Of a stretch of 64,000 bases of DNA, positions 8,707-17,528 are shown piece by piece. The position numbers and the translations under genes were made by a program. This stretch comes from Nitrospirota bacterium (lineage in GTDB: Bacteria > Nitrospirota > Thermodesulfovibrionia > Thermodesulfovibrionales > JdFR-85), in contig JAADGG010000041.1 in assembly GCA_013152485.1 (NCBI GenBank), positions 30,791-94,790 on the forward strand, given 5' to 3'. Under the pieces are notes generated by a model. That model searched no databases and had not been told where the DNA came from. It was given only the letters and a program-made list of their open reading frames with translations. Every line of letters begins with the position of its first letter. Position 1 is the first letter of the stretch.

Positions 8707-9905
8707 TGGACATAAAGAGACTCCTGGAAGAATCCTCGCGGTATCTGATGAACACCTACAACAGATACCCCCTGATATTGAGAAAGGGGCGGGGGACCAA
8801 GGTATACAGCATAGACGGCAAGGAGTATCTCGACTTCGTCGGAGGCATAGCCGTCAACATACTCGGGCATTGCCATCCCAAGGTGGTGGTGGCGATACAG
8901 AAGCAGGCACAGAGACTCCTGCACGTCTCCAACCTCTATCAGATAGAGCCACAGATAAAGCTCGCGAAACTCCTCGTGGAAAACTCCTTTGCCGACAAGG
9001 TCTTCTTCTGCAACTCGGGGGCCGAGGCAAACGAGGGAGCGATCAAGCTCGCCAGGAAATATGCAAAGGAGCGCCATGGAGAAGAGAAGTTCGAGATAAT
9101 CACTGCGCTCAACTCGTTCCATGGACGGACACTGGCCACCCTGACGGCCACCGGACAGGAGAAGTTTCACAAGGGATTCGAGCCCCTCGTCCCGGGCTTC
9201 AGACATGTCCCGTTCAACGACATCGAAGCGTTGAGAGCCGCAGTGAACGACAGGACCTGTGCCGTAATGCTCGAGCCGATACAGGGTGAAGGCGGTGTGG
9301 TGGTCCCCTCTCACGAGTACATGAAAGGGGTACGGGAACTCTGTGATGAAAGGGGCATACTGCTGATACTCGACGAGGTCCAGACCGGGGTCGGGAGGAC
9401 CGGCAGGCTCTTCGCCTATGAGCACTTCGGCATAGAGCCCGACATAATGACACTCGCAAAGGGGCTCGGTGGCGGAGTGCCCATAGGCGCGCTGCTCGCC
9501 AGGGAAGATGTGGCCGGCGCGTTCGTCCCCGGCAGCCACGCCTCCACCTTCGGAGGCAACCCGCTCACAACCCAGGCTGCGATAGCCACTGTCGAGACGG
9601 TCCTCGAAGACGGCATCCTCCTCGAGGAGTGCAGAAGGCTGGGAAGATATTTCATGAGGCGGCTGGCGGGTCTTAAAGATTCGTTTTCGAGTATAATAGT
9701 GGATATAAGAGGAATGGGCCTCATGATCGGGATGCAACTGACCAGGGACTGCGCCCCGATAGTGAAGGCCTGCATGGAAAAAGGCGTGCTGGTCAACTGT
9801 ACCGCCAACAACACTTTGAGGTTCACACCACCGCTCATAGTGACGGAGAAGGAGATAGACACGGTGACGGATATAGTCGAAGACATACTCGCGAGGCTGT
9901 CATGA
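8706..9905 (+). CDS. argD: Acetylornithine aminotransferase
   Basis: Class-III aminotransferase motifs are present: FCNSGAEANE, FHGRT, LILDEVQTGVGRTG, TFGGNP. Confidence 0.9.
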   Translation: MDIKRLLEESSRYLMNTYNRYPLILRKGRGTKVYSIDGKEYLDFVGGIAVNILGHCHPKVVVAIQKQAQRLLHVSNLYQIEPQIKLAKLLVENSFADKVFFCNSGAEANEGAIKLARKYAKERHGEEKFEIITALNSFHGRTLATLTATGQEKFHKGFEPLVPGFRHVPFNDIEALRAAVNDRTCAVMLEPIQGEGGVVVPSHEYMKGVRELCDERGILLILDEVQTGVGRTGRLFAYEHFGIEPDIMTLAKGLGGGVPIGALLAREDVAGAFVPGSHASTFGGNPLTTQAAIATVETVLEDGILLEECRRLGRYFMRRLAGLKDSFSSIIVDIRGMGLMIGMQLTRDCAPIVKACMEKGVLVNCTANNTLRFTPPLIVTEKEIDTVTDIVEDILARLS

Positions 9906-10804
9906 AGAGAGACTTCCTCAGGCTCTGGGACTTCACCCGGGAAGAGATCGGCGATATCATCGAGAGGGCCATCGCCCTGAAGGCAGGGACCGATGCAAAC
10001 CAGTGCCCGCTGATAGGCAAGAGCCTGTGGCTGCTGTTCGAGAAACCCTCGACGAGGACACGGATATCGTTCGAGGTCGGCATCTACCAGCTCGGTGGAC
10101 AGTCCATATACATGAAGCCCTCGGAGATTCAGATCGGCAGGGGAGAAAGCACCGCCGACACTGCAAGGGTGCTGTCGAGGTATCTCGACGGCATCATCAT
10201 AAGGACCTTCGAGCACTCGAAACTCGAGGAGTTCGCCGCAAATTCCGACATTCCGGTCATAAACGGCCTGAGCGACATGCATCATCCCTGCCAGGTACTG
10301 GCCGACCTCATGACCATCAAGGAGAAGAAAGGCAGGATCGAGGGTGTAAAGGTCGCCTACATAGGAGACGGCAACAACGTGGCCAACTCCCTGATGGAGG
10401 CGGCAGGCAGGATGGGACTGTCGCTGAACATAGCCTGCCCCGAAGGTTACGAACCGGACATAAACATACTCGAAGAGGCAAGGACCGGAAAGGGGGAGAT
10501 CATCATCCTGCGGGACCCCAAGGAGGCGGCAGGCAGGGCTGACATCATCTACACCGACGTATGGGTGAGCATGGGACAGGAGGACTCCGCTGAGATGAAG
10601 AGGAAGAAGTTCATCTCCTACCAGGTCAACTCCTCGCTGCTCGCCTGCGCAAAGCAGGACGTCATCGTCATGCACTGTCTTCCCGCACACAGGGGCGAGG
10701 AGATAACCGATGATGTCATAGACGGCCCGCACAGCGTGGTCTTCGACCAGGCTGAAAACAGGCTTCACACACAGAAAGCACTTCTCGAGATGTTGATACG
10801 GTGA
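9902..10804 (+). CDS. argF: Ornithine carbamoyltransferase
   Basis: STRTR, HPCQVLAD and HCLPAHRGEE motifs are present. ATGA overlap with argD. Confidence 0.92.
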   Translation: MKRDFLRLWDFTREEIGDIIERAIALKAGTDANQCPLIGKSLWLLFEKPSTRTRISFEVGIYQLGGQSIYMKPSEIQIGRGESTADTARVLSRYLDGIIIRTFEHSKLEEFAANSDIPVINGLSDMHHPCQVLADLMTIKEKKGRIEGVKVAYIGDGNNVANSLMEAAGRMGLSLNIACPEGYEPDINILEEARTGKGEIIILRDPKEAAGRADIIYTDVWVSMGQEDSAEMKRKKFISYQVNSSLLACAKQDVIVMHCLPAHRGEEITDDVIDGPHSVVFDQAENRLHTQKALLEMLIR

Positions 10805-11010
10805 TGCAGGATCCTGCGGGCTGAAGGACGTTTCTTCATCGCCGGATTCCGACGAGACGGAACGGCTATGCCGGACGGTCGTCTGAGCGGAAAGGGACTT
10901 CAACCTGGAGTCGAGCATTCCAGACAGCCGGATACACCGAAAAGGACTGTTTTTTTGGAAGTCTTCCATCTGCAGAGATTCACGGCTGAGCCGAACAACC
11001 AGTTTGCCTT

Positions 11011-12666
11011 GTGAGCGAGCCACTTTACATAATACCACTTGGCGGCGTCGAAGAGGTGGGAGGGTTGAACATGACCGTCCTGCAATACGGCGACGACATG
11101 ATAGTCATCGACGCAGGTCTGATGTTTCCCGAGGACGAGATGCTCGGCATCGACTTCGTAATCCCGGACTTCACCTACCTGCTCGAAAACCGAGACAAGC
11201 TCAGGGCGATAATCATAACACACGGACACGAAGACCACACAGGGGCCCTACCCTTTCTCATCAGGGAACTCGACGGAACCGTACCAGTATACGGCACGCC
11301 GCTTACACTCGGCCTTCTCAGGAACAAGCTCTCCGAACACAGGATCTCAACGCCGTTTCATACCGTAAAACCGAGGGACACGGTGAGGCTCGGGGAATTC
11401 ACGGTTGAGTTCGTCCGTGTAACGCACAGCATCGTCGACGGCGTGGGACTCGGAATCAGCACGCCGTATGGGCTGGTCGTCCATACGGGCGACTTCAAGA
11501 TCGACCCGACCCCTGTAGACGGTGAACTGCTCGACTTCCACAAGTTCTCCGAATACGGCGACAGGGGAACACTGCTGCTGATGTCCGACAGCACGAACGC
11601 AGAGAAAGGAGGTTTCACGTACTCTGAAAAAGAGGTCAGGAGGGTCTTCGAGGACATCTTCTCCTCCGCACCCGGCAGGTTGATAATAGCCACATTCGCC
11701 TCCAACATACACAGAATCCAGCAGGTGATCGATGTGGCGGTGAAGTACGGAAGGAAGGTGGCCCTGTGCGGCAGAAGCATCGTATCGAACGCACAGATAG
11801 CCCTCGACCTCGGCTACCTGAGGCTTCCGGAAAAGACATGGCTGAACCTCGAAGAGATACACACGCGGCCTGACAGGGAAGTGACGATAATCACGACCGG
11901 CAGTCAGGGAGAACCGATGAGTGTTCTGTCGAGGATAGCAACCGGGGAACACAAGACCATAAAGATCGGCCCCGGAGACACCGTCGTGCTCTCCGCAAAG
12001 GTGATACCGGGCAACGAACGCTCGATCGGCAAGATAATAAATCATCTGTTCCACAGGGGGGCGAACGTGATCTACGAAAAGGTCTCCGAGGTCCACGTCT
12101 CGGGTCATGCGTCAAAGGAGGAACTGAAGCTGATGCTCAATCTCGTGAGGCCGACGTACTTCATGCCCGTACACGGCGAGTACAGACACCTCGTCTATCA
12201 CTCAAAGCTCGCCGAGAAACTGAACATTCCCAAGGAAAACATATTCATAATGCAGGATGGCGACATCCTGGAGATCAACGGCGAGGGGGCCAGGAAGAAC
12301 GGAAAGGTCCACTCCGGCAGGATATTCATCGACGGCAAAGGAGACATTGAAGATGTCGTCCTGAGGGACAGGTGGCGACTCGCCCATGACGGCATAGTGC
12401 TCGTCATCCTGTCCATGGAGAAACCGTCGGGCCGCATAACCTCGGGCCCCGACATAGTATCGAGGGGCTTCATTTTCGAGGAGGCCTCGCCGGAGGTGAT
12501 CGCCGAGGCGAAAAAAGTGGTCGCCGACACCATAACAGGGCTCGATGCCGAACTGCTCCAGGACCTCACGCTCATGAAGGCCAGGATCAGGAACACTCTC
12601 AAGAAGCATATATACAAGACCATGAATCGCAGACCCATGATAGTGCCGATCATATTTGAAATATAG
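11011..12666 (+). CDS. rnj: Ribonuclease J
   Basis: The metallo-beta-lactamase motif ITHGHEDHTGALP and the beta-CASP body are present, and the length of about 550 aa fits. GTG start. Confidence 0.9.
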   Translation: MSEPLYIIPLGGVEEVGGLNMTVLQYGDDMIVIDAGLMFPEDEMLGIDFVIPDFTYLLENRDKLRAIIITHGHEDHTGALPFLIRELDGTVPVYGTPLTLGLLRNKLSEHRISTPFHTVKPRDTVRLGEFTVEFVRVTHSIVDGVGLGISTPYGLVVHTGDFKIDPTPVDGELLDFHKFSEYGDRGTLLLMSDSTNAEKGGFTYSEKEVRRVFEDIFSSAPGRLIIATFASNIHRIQQVIDVAVKYGRKVALCGRSIVSNAQIALDLGYLRLPEKTWLNLEEIHTRPDREVTIITTGSQGEPMSVLSRIATGEHKTIKIGPGDTVVLSAKVIPGNERSIGKIINHLFHRGANVIYEKVSEVHVSGHASKEELKLMLNLVRPTYFMPVHGEYRHLVYHSKLAEKLNIPKENIFIMQDGDILEINGEGARKNGKVHSGRIFIDGKGDIEDVVLRDRWRLAHDGIVLVILSMEKPSGRITSGPDIVSRGFIFEEASPEVIAEAKKVVADTITGLDAELLQDLTLMKARIRNTLKKHIYKTMNRRPMIVPIIFEI

Positions 12667-12683
12667 GACTGATATTCTATAAT
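12655..12683 (+). promoter_or_regulatory. Sigma70-like promoter of the cytochrome operon
   Basis: TTTGAA (12655-12660), a 17-nt spacer, then TATAAT (12678-12683), 27 nt upstream of the ATG at 12711. The -10 lies inside the perfect palindrome TATAATATTATA (12678-12689). Confidence 0.45.
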
Positions 12684-12710
12684 ATTATAAATTTCAACAA
12701 AGGGGTCGGA

Positions 12711-13721
12711 ATGAAACCGAGGTTGCTGCTGATAACAGCCCTCCTGCTGGGGTTGAGCATCGTGTACGCGTGCACTGAGCTGAAGAGGTCCAAGCCAATC
12801 CTGCCGCTGAACGAGTATGAGAGGATGATAGCCGGACGTCTCGATGCCGACTATGTCGGAACCGAGACCTGCCTGGCGGCATGTCATGCCCACGACGCGA
12901 TAAAGGCCGCCTTCGACGCAAGCACAATGGGGACACAGCTGAGGAGGGAATCCGGGCTACCTCTCGTCGACTGCGAATCATGCCACGGCCCCGGGAGCCT
13001 GGCGATCAAGGGGATAACCCGGGAGCTCGTCGAGGAAAACAGCAGGAAAGGCATAAAGACGGAATGCAACTACGAGACCCTGATCGACATAAAGAACCTG
13101 CCCGCGATCGCAAAGAGCCTCATCTGTCTCAAGTGCCACACCGGCAACGCCACGTTCAACCTTCACGAATGGAACGCAGGCGTTCATGCGGTAAACGACG
13201 TCTCATGCTCAGACTGTCACGACATACACGAAGGAGCCGACCTGAAGGTGAAACCGAAGGATACGGCAGCCATGTGCCTCGACTGTCATCAGGAGATCAC
13301 GGCCTACTACAGGATGCCGAGTCACCATCCAGTGACCGAGGGAAAGGTCTACTGCACCGACTGCCACAATCCCCACGGCACGTCGACGGAGAAACTCCTC
13401 AGAAAGGCCAGTGTCAAGGAGACGTGCACCAGGTGTCACGGGGAGAAAGAAGGCCCCTTCCTCTACGAGCATGCCGATCTGACGGATGACTGCTTGAACT
13501 GCCACATGCCGCACGGCTCCCCGAACAACAATCTGCTCACCTTGAGGGAACCCTTTCTCTGCCTGCAGTGCCATCAGAGCCACAGGATAAACACCGCCAC
13601 CGGCGAACCGAAGACCACCGCATTGAAAGGGTTTTTCTTCACCAGGTGCACCAACTGCCACAGCCAGATACACGGCACCGACATACCATCGCCCGGGGGC
13701 AAGGGAAGGTTCATCCAATGA
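12711..13721 (+). CDS. Decahaem c-type cytochrome, DmsE/MtrA family-like
   Basis: Ten CxxCH motifs: CLAACH, CESCH, CLKCH, CSDCH, CLDCH, CTDCH, CTRCH, CLNCH, CLQCH, CTNCH. The N-terminal signal ends IVYAC. The C-terminal block GPFLYEH..CLNCHMPHGSPNNNLL..CLQCH..FTRCTNCHSQIHG is typical of MtrA/DmsE. Confidence 0.85.
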   Translation: MKPRLLLITALLLGLSIVYACTELKRSKPILPLNEYERMIAGRLDADYVGTETCLAACHAHDAIKAAFDASTMGTQLRRESGLPLVDCESCHGPGSLAIKGITRELVEENSRKGIKTECNYETLIDIKNLPAIAKSLICLKCHTGNATFNLHEWNAGVHAVNDVSCSDCHDIHEGADLKVKPKDTAAMCLDCHQEITAYYRMPSHHPVTEGKVYCTDCHNPHGTSTEKLLRKASVKETCTRCHGEKEGPFLYEHADLTDDCLNCHMPHGSPNNNLLTLREPFLCLQCHQSHRINTATGEPKTTALKGFFFTRCTNCHSQIHGTDIPSPGGKGRFIQ

Positions 13722-15679
13722 CCAGGAGCCGGACTGCAACAGGAAGAGGAAAGGCACGCTGCGGACTCATCGTGCTGCTCGTGATAGTGGTCCTTACCGC
13801 CCCTGCACGCGAGATACTGGCAGAGGACGGGAGCAGGCAGGCATACAGTCCCGGCTACTCCCTGGGAGCCGGATACAACTGGACCGGACTCGACGGCTCC
13901 AGAAGGGTCATAGAGTACAGCTCAGGGGTCAAGTCACCAGTCCTCGGCGCGGACATCGAGGTCTACCCCCTGCCCCACAGGCTGTATCTCGATCTCTCAA
14001 CCCGTGAAAGAGACGACCTCTACCTCGACACGGGATATGCATACAAGGAGGTCCTCCTGTCGAGATTCATTGCTCGAGGACTCACCCACAACCTCGACCA
14101 TTACGTACTGCCGGCCTCAGACCCTGATGAGGCCACGAGGAAATACAGGGACCGAGACACGAACGCTTCCTACCAGACGGACGTCACGACAACCGACCTG
14201 TTTCTCAGACTGAAGACCCCGGACTATCCTTTCCACCTCTTCGGCAGGTATTTCGGTTATGACAAGGAGGGCACCGTTCAACAGCGGTTCCTCGTGGGAT
14301 ACTTCAACGACATGACAGTAACTTCCCGGAGCAGGCGGATCGACTTCAGGACCGAGGAGCTGACCATAGGGTCGAACGGCCACTTCGGACCTCTGGAGGT
14401 GGAATACACCCATGGCGAGAAGAGTTTCGTTCCAGCCGGCCCCAAGGTTCTCGAAGACCTGTATCCCGCAACCGCTCAAAGACCAGAGGACGTATATCCA
14501 CACAACCTGGTGCCCGAAACGCGCACGTCGTCGGACTATATCAGGGCGCATTCATCCTACACGGGACGCATAACGGCCTCGGCATCGTTCGGCAGCATCA
14601 GGCAATCAAACCAGGACAGCTCCGTGGAGAGGACGATTATCGTCGGCGCCGGACAGCTGGCGTTCATCCCCATGGACGCACTCTCCTTCTTCCTCAGATT
14701 CCGTTACAGGGATCTCGATGAGGAGGGCCCCGGGACCACCGTGCTCAGGGGACAGAGCAATGAACTGGCATACAAGGTCCGCCCGTCCCTCGACACAAGA
14801 CAGAGGGAGATCTCACTGTGCATCAGGACGCGCCCATCGAGGGGCGTAAACCTTGCGGGCAGCTACTCCGTCGGCAGAAAAGACCTCTCGGACACGGAAG
14901 AGTGGTTGCTGGCCGACAGGAACACAACGGTCAACACCTTTGAGTTCAAGGCTTACGGGACGGTGTTGAAGGGAGCCAGGTTCAGGACGACCTACAAATA
15001 CACCGACCTCAAAAACCCGCTCTACAACACCGACCCGGACACCTCTCACGAACTCGATCTCTACGCAAGCTACACACTGACCCCCGGGGTCTTCACCGTT
15101 CTGACCTACAAGCTCAGGAAGGAGAGGCGCGACAACCTCAGGTTCATCAACACGCGGACGGAAACGCCTACCGAAACCGGACAGAGAGACAACACCTTCC
15201 ACAACGTACTGGGTCTCCTCGTGCTGACTCCATGGGAAAGAACATCCGTCACCGTGTCATGCGGATACTACAAGAACGGCCTGCGACAGACTCTGCTTTA
15301 CTCCACATTCCTCGGTGACGGCTCCTCTGAACCCGGGGAACCGATTGCAGAAGACGGCGTACCCTACAGTGACGAATCCACATCCTACTCTGTCGGGATA
15401 ACACACAGGTTCAACGACAGAACCGACGTCTCTGCAGACATGGGACAGACATTCTCGAAAGGCAAGTTCCGGACCGAGAATACGCTGGCCGAAAGCATAT
15501 CATCCTTCTCCATGCTGAGGGTGACGGAGACGGCCCTGTCGATAAAGGGCAGGCACGAGATGAACAACGGATTCGGCATCGAAACGGTTCTCGGTCTGAG
15601 AGACTACAACGACCGTACAGACGACCAGAACGACGGCAAATTCTATCAGGCCATGCTGATCCTGACAAAGAGGTGGTAA
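13718..15679 (+). CDS. Large outer-membrane beta-barrel, MtrB/PioB-like (cytochrome-associated porin)
   Basis: The start at the internal ATG 13718 overlaps the cytochrome stop (ATGA). It has a signal peptide (..LLVIVVLTAPAREILA), a 653-aa Tyr/Arg/Asp/Thr-rich sequence with alternating pattern, and a terminal ..LILTKRW aromatic end typical of OMPs. Confidence 0.6.
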   Translation: MTRSRTATGRGKARCGLIVLLVIVVLTAPAREILAEDGSRQAYSPGYSLGAGYNWTGLDGSRRVIEYSSGVKSPVLGADIEVYPLPHRLYLDLSTRERDDLYLDTGYAYKEVLLSRFIARGLTHNLDHYVLPASDPDEATRKYRDRDTNASYQTDVTTTDLFLRLKTPDYPFHLFGRYFGYDKEGTVQQRFLVGYFNDMTVTSRSRRIDFRTEELTIGSNGHFGPLEVEYTHGEKSFVPAGPKVLEDLYPATAQRPEDVYPHNLVPETRTSSDYIRAHSSYTGRITASASFGSIRQSNQDSSVERTIIVGAGQLAFIPMDALSFFLRFRYRDLDEEGPGTTVLRGQSNELAYKVRPSLDTRQREISLCIRTRPSRGVNLAGSYSVGRKDLSDTEEWLLADRNTTVNTFEFKAYGTVLKGARFRTTYKYTDLKNPLYNTDPDTSHELDLYASYTLTPGVFTVLTYKLRKERRDNLRFINTRTETPTETGQRDNTFHNVLGLLVLTPWERTSVTVSCGYYKNGLRQTLLYSTFLGDGSSEPGEPIAEDGVPYSDESTSYSVGITHRFNDRTDVSADMGQTFSKGKFRTENTLAESISSFSMLRVTETALSIKGRHEMNNGFGIETVLGLRDYNDRTDDQNDGKFYQAMLILTKRW

Positions 15680-15704
15680 AATAAAGAGGCTGTTAATATC
15701 AATC

Positions 15705-16610
15705 ATGGTCCTTCTCTCTCTTCTTGCAGGGACAGTCCATGCTGCAACAAAGGACAAGATTGTCGCGGGCGTGGTGTTCTCGGGCGACCTGCCCTTTTAC
15801 AGGGAGATACACGAGGAACTCGTCAGGGAACTGCTCGAGAAGGGATACGACAAGCGGGTCCGCTTCATCATCCAGAGACCCAACCCGGATGCACTCGCAT
15901 GGAGCAACGCCATCAGAAAGATGATCGCCTACGACGCCTCCCTCATAATAGTTTACGGCTCGGGAGCCGCACGTGCGGCGCTCTACGAGTCCTCCTCGGT
16001 TCCGATCATTTATGCCGCGGTGTATGAACCTGAGAGATCCGGCATAACGGGCAAGAACATCAGGGGAGTCGGGTACAAGGTCCCCGTATCCAGCATAATC
16101 CGCTACCTCAGGAAGACCGGTGAGATAAAGAGGATAGGAGTCCTGTACTCGGATTCCGAACCGAGTACCAGGACCCAGTACATGGATGTAAAGAACGTCT
16201 GCAAGAATCTCTCCATAGATGTGGTGAAGATACCGATAAAGAGGCCGAGAGAGATAGGTCAGAGACTGAGACTCATGTCCTATGACAGTCTCCTGCTTAC
16301 GAGCAGCGCACTGATAAACAAGTACTTCCCCGACTACATCCTCGTCTTCAGGAAGAAACCGGTTCCTCTGGCCACGATAATAAAGGGACTCGAAGAATAC
16401 TCCGTCATCACGCTCTCCACCGACCCGCGCAAGCAGGGGGCCGTACTGGCCAGGAACCTCATCAAGTTCATAAACAACGGCGAGATAGGCAGCATAGAGA
16501 ACACCGCGCTCCTCAAGAACTCCCTCACGTTCAACATGCGTCTTGCGATAGACCTCGGGCTGGACATACCGGTGGAGCTCCTTACGGAGTCTGACAGGGT
16601 GATCAAGTAA
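15705..16610 (+). CDS. Periplasmic substrate-binding protein (ABC_sub_bind / PF04392-like), orphan
   Basis: A short signal peptide is followed by KIVAGVVFSGDLPFYREIHEELVRELLEKGY..LIIVYGSGAARAA, which matches the PF04392 layout. There is no permease or ATPase nearby. Confidence 0.7.
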   Translation: MVLLSLLAGTVHAATKDKIVAGVVFSGDLPFYREIHEELVRELLEKGYDKRVRFIIQRPNPDALAWSNAIRKMIAYDASLIIVYGSGAARAALYESSSVPIIYAAVYEPERSGITGKNIRGVGYKVPVSSIIRYLRKTGEIKRIGVLYSDSEPSTRTQYMDVKNVCKNLSIDVVKIPIKRPREIGQRLRLMSYDSLLLTSSALINKYFPDYILVFRKKPVPLATIIKGLEEYSVITLSTDPRKQGAVLARNLIKFINNGEIGSIENTALLKNSLTFNMRLAIDLGLDIPVELLTESDRVIK

Positions 16611-17500
16611 TGAAGAAGGTCCTTGCCATAGCCGTGCTGAGCTGCTTCGTCCTCCTCTCTCTATCGACGAGGACGGATGCGGACGATATGGAGCTGCTGA
16701 TAGGGCTCATCCCCGAGCAGAACATCTTCAAGCAGATAGAGAGGTACAAACCCCTCGCCGCCTACCTGTCCGAGAGGACGGGGATAAGGGTCAGGCTGAC
16801 GATACTGAGCCGCTACGGCGACATCATAGACAGGTTCGTCCAAAGGGGTCTCGACGGCGCGTTCTTCGGAGACCTGACAGGGGCCCTCGCCATAGAGAAA
16901 CTCGACATAGAGCCGCTTGTACGTCCGGTGAACATGAACGGTTCGACCTACTCGTACGGCTACATAATCGTCAGGAAAGACAGCGGGATAAGGAGTGTGG
17001 CCGACATGAAGGGCAAGGTGTTGGCCTTTGTGGACAGGGCGACCGTGACAGGTTACCTGTTTCCACTGTCCTACTTCAGGTCTCACGGGGTGGCGAACCT
17101 CGAGGGATACTTCTCGGAATACTACTTTACGGGCAGTCACGATTCCTCTGTCTATGCCGTGCTCGATGGAAGGGCGGACATCGGCTGCATAAAGAACACC
17201 ATATTCAACAATCTGGTCTCCAGGGATCCGACGATCAAGGAAGAGATACGGATCATTGCGAAATCCCCCCTGATGCCCGAGAGCACACTCTGCCTGAGGA
17301 GGGACCTTCCGGAAGGCATCAAGAAGATGATAAAGGAAGTGCTCTTGACCATGGACAGGGACCGGGAGGGCCGCAGGATCCTCGCAAAGCTGCACGCGCA
17401 GAGGTTCATCGAGGCCTCGGTCGAAGACTTCAAGCCCGTTTACGAGATGCTGAAGACACTCGGAGAGGATATAGAAACATACCAGTACAGGGTCAGATGA
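16610..17500 (+). CDS. PhnD-like periplasmic binding protein (PF12974-like), orphan
   Basis: A signal peptide is followed by LLIGLIPEQNIFKQIERYKPLAAYLSERTGIRVRL. One-nt TAATG overlap with the upstream gene. Confidence 0.7.
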   Translation: MKKVLAIAVLSCFVLLSLSTRTDADDMELLIGLIPEQNIFKQIERYKPLAAYLSERTGIRVRLTILSRYGDIIDRFVQRGLDGAFFGDLTGALAIEKLDIEPLVRPVNMNGSTYSYGYIIVRKDSGIRSVADMKGKVLAFVDRATVTGYLFPLSYFRSHGVANLEGYFSEYYFTGSHDSSVYAVLDGRADIGCIKNTIFNNLVSRDPTIKEEIRIIAKSPLMPESTLCLRRDLPEGIKKMIKEVLLTMDRDREGRRILAKLHAQRFIEASVEDFKPVYEMLKTLGEDIETYQYRVR

Positions 17501-17528
17501 AGGAATCCCGAACGCCGGAGCTCCACAG

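Noticed and set aside
9416-11038. A 540-aa ORF on the minus strand
   Set aside because: It is antisense to argD and argF, both of which carry unambiguous family motifs. It has no motifs of its own.
12711-13721. Multihaem protein as a nitrite reductase (NrfA) or HAO/octahaem enzyme
   Set aside because: There is no CxxCK catalytic haem motif. The ten CxxCH motifs in about 330 aa and the MtrA/DmsE-like C-terminal block, plus coupling to a large OMP, fit an electron conduit instead.
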